A DNA stretch of 18,805 nucleotides, taken from NCBI GenBank assembly GCA_037442825.1, contig JBBIPN010000021.1, forward strand, positions 1 to 18,805, given 5' to 3'. Positions 15,566 through 18,805 of the stretch are shown here, in pieces. How positions within the stretch are numbered: position 1 is the stretch's first letter; each line of letters starts with the position of its first letter. This stretch comes from Sulfurihydrogenibium sp. (GTDB lineage Bacteria > Aquificota > Aquificia > Aquificales > Hydrogenothermaceae). The notes beneath the pieces were generated by a model. It ran no database searches. It had not been told where the DNA came from and saw only the letters and a program-made list of their open reading frames with translations. A program made the position numbers and the translations under genes.

Positions 15566-17851
15566 TTACCCTATTTTAACTATTGTAGCACCTAAACCAC
15601 CTTCATTGTAAGGAGCATCTTCATACTTGACTTTATAAGGAGACTTATCTAAATACTCTCTTACTGCATTTCTAAGTACACCAGAACCAAAACCATGAAT
15701 TATTTTAAAAGTTGTATAACCTTCAAGAATAGCTCTATCTAAATAATTTTCTAAAATTTTTAAAGCTTCTTCCTTCGTTTTACCTATTAGATTTAAAGTA
15801 GGTGTTATATCAGATTTAGAACGGCTTAATTTGAAAGTTTGTTTTTTTTCTTTTTCTTCATACTTTTCCAACTGATTTAGATCTATCCATACTTTAATAC
15901 CACCAAAATTAACATTTGCTTTATTTTCTCTTATAGATGTTACTGTACCAATCTGATTTTTACCTTTTATTTTGACTGTATCACCTTCTTTAATTTCTGG
16001 AACATTTTCTTGCGATAAATCTAACTTTATTTTTTTCTTTTCTTTTATAAATCTTTCAAGGTCTGAACCACTTTGTTTTTCTTTTATCTCTTTAAGTATC
16101 TGATAACCTTCTTCCCTTATCTTATCAACAAAATCATAAACTTCTTTTAAACTTTCTTGCCATTTCTCTTTTTTATCTTTTTGAAGTTGACTTACAAGTT
16201 TTTTATATTTAGCTTTTTCTTCTTCTACTTCTTTTTTCAACTTTTCTACTTCTTTCACTTTTTCTTCATACTGAGATATTAAGCTTGAAAGATTAGAAGC
16301 CATCTCTTCAAAGGTAAGTAAATTTTCTGATATATAAATTTTTGCTTTTTCTAATACCTCCTCTTGTAAATTTAGCTTTTCAGCTATATAGAAAGCCATA
16401 CTTTCACCAACTGTATTGTAGTATATTTTGTATGTTGGTGTAAGTGTTTCTTTGTCAAATCCTACAGCTGCTATTTTGAAATAATTTTCCTTTAAAACAT
16501 ACTGTTTTATCTTTTTTAAGTGTGTAGTTGCAATTACTCTGATATTTTTCTCTTTTATATAATCAAGGATAGCAATACCTATAGCTGAAGCAAAATCTGG
16601 ATCTGTACCTGGTATAAGTTCATCAAATAAAATTAAAGATTCTTTATCTGCCAAATCAAATATTTCTTTAATATTTTTTATATGGGCAGAGTATGTAGAG
16701 AGATTTTCTTCTATACTTTGATAATCTCCTATATCTATAAAAATAGATTTAAATACAGGCATCTTACTATTTTCATCTAATGGAACTGGTATAGCTGTTT
16801 GGAATATTAAAGCTGTTATTCCAGCAGTCTTTAAAGCAACAGTTTTACCACCAGTATTTAACCCAGTAATAACAAGACCTTTTTTGTCTTCAAGTAAAAT
16901 ATCTAAGCTAACAAAAGGTTTATTTTTTAGTAAAAATATTGGATGTTTTACATTGTAAATTTCAAAATTCTCACTTATTTGTGGAAATTTACAATCAAAC
17001 TTTTTAGAAAATTTTAGTTTTGAGTATAAAATGTCAAGTTCTAATAAGGTATTAACAGAGTTTGAGATAAAGTTTAATTTACTTCTTATAATATCTGTAA
17101 GAAATTTTAAAATCCTTCTTATCTCAACACTTTCTTGAAGTTTTAAATCGGAAAGTTTATTGTTTAGTGATAATGCCTCAAAAGGCTCTATAAAAACAGT
17201 ATTACCTGAAGAAGACCTATCTAAGATAATACCCTTTATTTTATAACTAAAGTTGTACTTTACAGGTATAACAAATCTATCCCTTCTAACAGTTATAAGT
17301 TTTTCCTGAATTGCATCTTGAAAATTTGGATTGTTTAATATCTTCTCTAAAACATTATTTATTTCTTTTTCTACTTCTTTTATCTCTTTTCTTATTTTGT
17401 ATAGATCATTACTTGCATTATCTCTAATTGAAAAACTTTCGTCTATACTGTCAGAAATGATTTTTTCAAGTTCCCTTAGTGGTGTTAATGATTGAAATAA
17501 ACTTTTTAAATAGACTAAACTATGTCCAGAAAAATAGTTTTTTACATCTTTTACAATTCTTAAAATCTTCCCTATATCGTAAATTTCTTTTGGAGATAAA
17601 ATACTATCCTCTAATTTTGCAAGTTGCAATGATGAAGTAATATCTTCAAATTCAGAAAGAGGAAAATATCCTTCTTTTGTATATATTGATTCAAACTCTA
17701 AAAATTTGTTTATTTCTATTTCTAATACTTTCCTATCTGTGTATGGTTTTAGAGATTTTATCTTTTCTTGTGTTATATAATTATGGCTAAATTCTGCCAA
17801 TAAGTTTAAAAACTTTTGGTACTCTAAACTTTCTAGATCTCTTTCTCTCAT
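15566..17851 (-). CDS. mutS2: MutS2 (MutS-family ATPase with C-terminal Smr domain)
   Basis: LEY.K N-terminus, [21 protein letters not shown], Walker [36 protein letters not shown], coiled coil, KOW-like region and Smr motif [11 protein letters not shown]. Confidence 0.95.
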   Translation of the reverse strand: MRERDLESLEYQKFLNLLAEFSHNYITQEKIKSLKPYTDRKVLEIEINKFLEFESIYTKEGYFPLSEFEDITSSLQLAKLEDSILSPKEIYDIGKILRIVKDVKNYFSGHSLVYLKSLFQSLTPLRELEKIISDSIDESFSIRDNASNDLYKIRKEIKEVEKEINNVLEKILNNPNFQDAIQEKLITVRRDRFVIPVKYNFSYKIKGIILDRSSSGNTVFIEPFEALSLNNKLSDLKLQESVEIRRILKFLTDIIRSKLNFISNSVNTLLELDILYSKLKFSKKFDCKFPQISENFEIYNVKHPIFLLKNKPFVSLDILLEDKKGLVITGLNTGGKTVALKTAGITALIFQTAIPVPLDENSKMPVFKSIFIDIGDYQSIEENLSTYSAHIKNIKEIFDLADKESLILFDELIPGTDPDFASAIGIAILDYIKEKNIRVIATTHLKKIKQYVLKENYFKIAAVGFDKETLTPTYKIYYNTVGESMAFYIAEKLNLQEEVLEKAKIYISENLLTFEEMASNLSSLISQYEEKVKEVEKLKKEVEEEKAKYKKLVSQLQKDKKEKWQESLKEVYDFVDKIREEGYQILKEIKEKQSGSDLERFIKEKKKIKLDLSQENVPEIKEGDTVKIKGKNQIGTVTSIRENKANVNFGGIKVWIDLNQLEKYEEKEKKQTFKLSRSKSDITPTLNLIGKTKEEALKILENYLDRAILEGYTTFKIIHGFGSGVLRNAVREYLDKSPYKVKYEDAPYNEGGLGATIVKIG

Positions 17852-18805
17852 CTAATCTAATTTAAACTTTTTTAAAATTTCTGGTAGTTTATTTAGTATA
17901 ACCATTATTCTCTTCCATTTTTTCCACTCTATAGCATACAGTGAACTACCATAGATACCGTTTGATGGTAAATTGCTACCTACACCAGATTTTGCTGTTA
18001 CTATAACATTATCTCCTATAGTTATATGATCTGCTACACCTACTTGACCTGCAAGTATTACATTGTTTCCTATTTTACTACTTCCAGCTATTCCAACTTG
18101 AGAAACCAAGACAGAGTTTTCTCCTATTTTACAGTTATGACCTATCATTACTAAGTTATCTATTTTAGTTCCTTTTTTGATTATAGTTTCATCTACTAAA
18201 GCTCTATCTATTGTAGTATTTGCACCTATCTCAACATCATCTTCAATAATAACTTTTCCTATATGTTTTATCTTCTTTCTTTGTAATCCTTCCTGGTAAT
18301 ATCCGAAACCATCTGATGCTATAACAGCTCCAGAATGGATAATAACGTTGTTTCCTATAAATGTATCTTTGTAAACTGTTACATTAGGATAAAGTATACA
18401 GTTGTCTCCTATCTGTGTATTTTTTCCAATATAGCAAAATGGATATATCTTACAGTTTTTACCTATTTTTACATTATCTTTTATATAGACATACTCACTT
18501 ATATAACTATTCTCTCCTATCTCTACATTTTTACCAATGATAGATTTATCAGATATAAAACTTTCTAACTTTTCATCTGGATAAAAAATTTCTATTAGTT
18601 TATAAAATGCTATATCTGGTTTTTCTACAACAATTTGTGGGATATCAATATTTTCTATAGGAGATTCAACTAAGATAGCTCCTGCTTTTAAATCTTTTAT
18701 ATCTTTAGCTTTCCTGATAAAAGTTAAATCATTTTCACCAGCTGTTTCTATACTTTTAATTCCCTTTATTTCAATATCTTCTTTAAAGTTTATAATACTA
18801 CCATT
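17852..18805 (-). CDS. lpxD: UDP-3-O-(3-hydroxyacyl)glucosamine N-acyltransferase, 5'-truncated by the window edge
   Basis: The frame is open from 18805 to the stop at 17852. Manual translation gives ..[16 protein letters not shown]..hexapeptide repeats..[59 protein letters not shown]. The stop abuts the mutS2 ATG. Confidence 0.95.
   Translation of the reverse strand, partial: NGSIINFKEDIEIKGIKSIETAGENDLTFIRKAKDIKDLKAGAILVESPIENIDIPQIVVEKPDIAFYKLIEIFYPDEKLESFISDKSIIGKNVEIGENSYISEYVYIKDNVKIGKNCKIYPFCYIGKNTQIGDNCILYPNVTVYKDTFIGNNVIIHSGAVIASDGFGYYQEGLQRKKIKHIGKVIIEDDVEIGANTTIDRALVDETIIKKGTKIDNLVMIGHNCKIGENSVLVSQVGIAGSSKIGNNVILAGQVGVADHITIGDNVIVTAKSGVGSNLPSNGIYGSSLYAIEWKKWKRIMVILNKLPEILKKFKLD

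Noticed and set aside
17852..18148. 98-aa ORF suggesting a truncated or pseudogenised lpxD
   Set aside because: Manual translation shows the frame is open with no stop to the window edge (18805). The short call reflects the first in-window Met only.
18335..18568. 77-aa plus-strand ORF with periodic Tyr/Ile pattern
   Set aside because: It is the antisense shadow of the LpxD hexapeptide repeats.
1..18805. CRISPR arrays, tRNA/rRNA genes, IS elements or prophage genes
   Set aside because: No regularly spaced repeats, structured RNA genes or transposase/integrase-like ORFs were seen; nearly all sequence is accounted for by protein-coding genes.

Overview
AT-rich bacterial DNA. An Aquificota/Hydrogenothermaceae-like thermophile is my inference from composition and protein style, not a database result. 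A ~15 kb, 13-gene, all plus-strand redox cluster (493..15561) sits between housekeeping genes: the 5' end of gyrA (divergent, left) and mutS2-lpxD (convergent, right). The cluster opens with a sulfur-relay set: a secreted tandem rhodanese, a YeeE/YedE transporter, a 44-aa membrane peptide missed by the ORF track, and a membrane-anchored rhodanese-fold protein. Module 1 follows: a Tat-exported type II DMSO-reductase-family molybdoenzyme (SerABC/DdhABC/EbdABC-like) whose gamma subunit fuses a heme-b DOMON-like domain to a cytochrome c, then a small secreted Cys protein. Module 2 is a quinone-linked Psr/Ttr-lineage molybdoenzyme in B-C-A order, plus a TorD-type chaperone and a polyferredoxin. Notable details: two unrelated exported proteins end in the same PKAGxxxGCL tail (candidate persulfide-carrying arm); the secreted rhodanese has a 7-residue Cx5R loop like Cdc25/Acr2 rather than the usual 6-residue sulfurtransferase loop; and the leader has a sigma54 promoter with tandem palindromic enhancer-like sites plus a sigma70 promoter overlapped by an inverted repeat. 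Together these suggest a periplasmic system coupling oxidation and reduction of sulfane-sulfur or thio-oxyanion substrates (e.g. disproportionation or thioarsenate use). Substrates cannot be determined from sequence alone.
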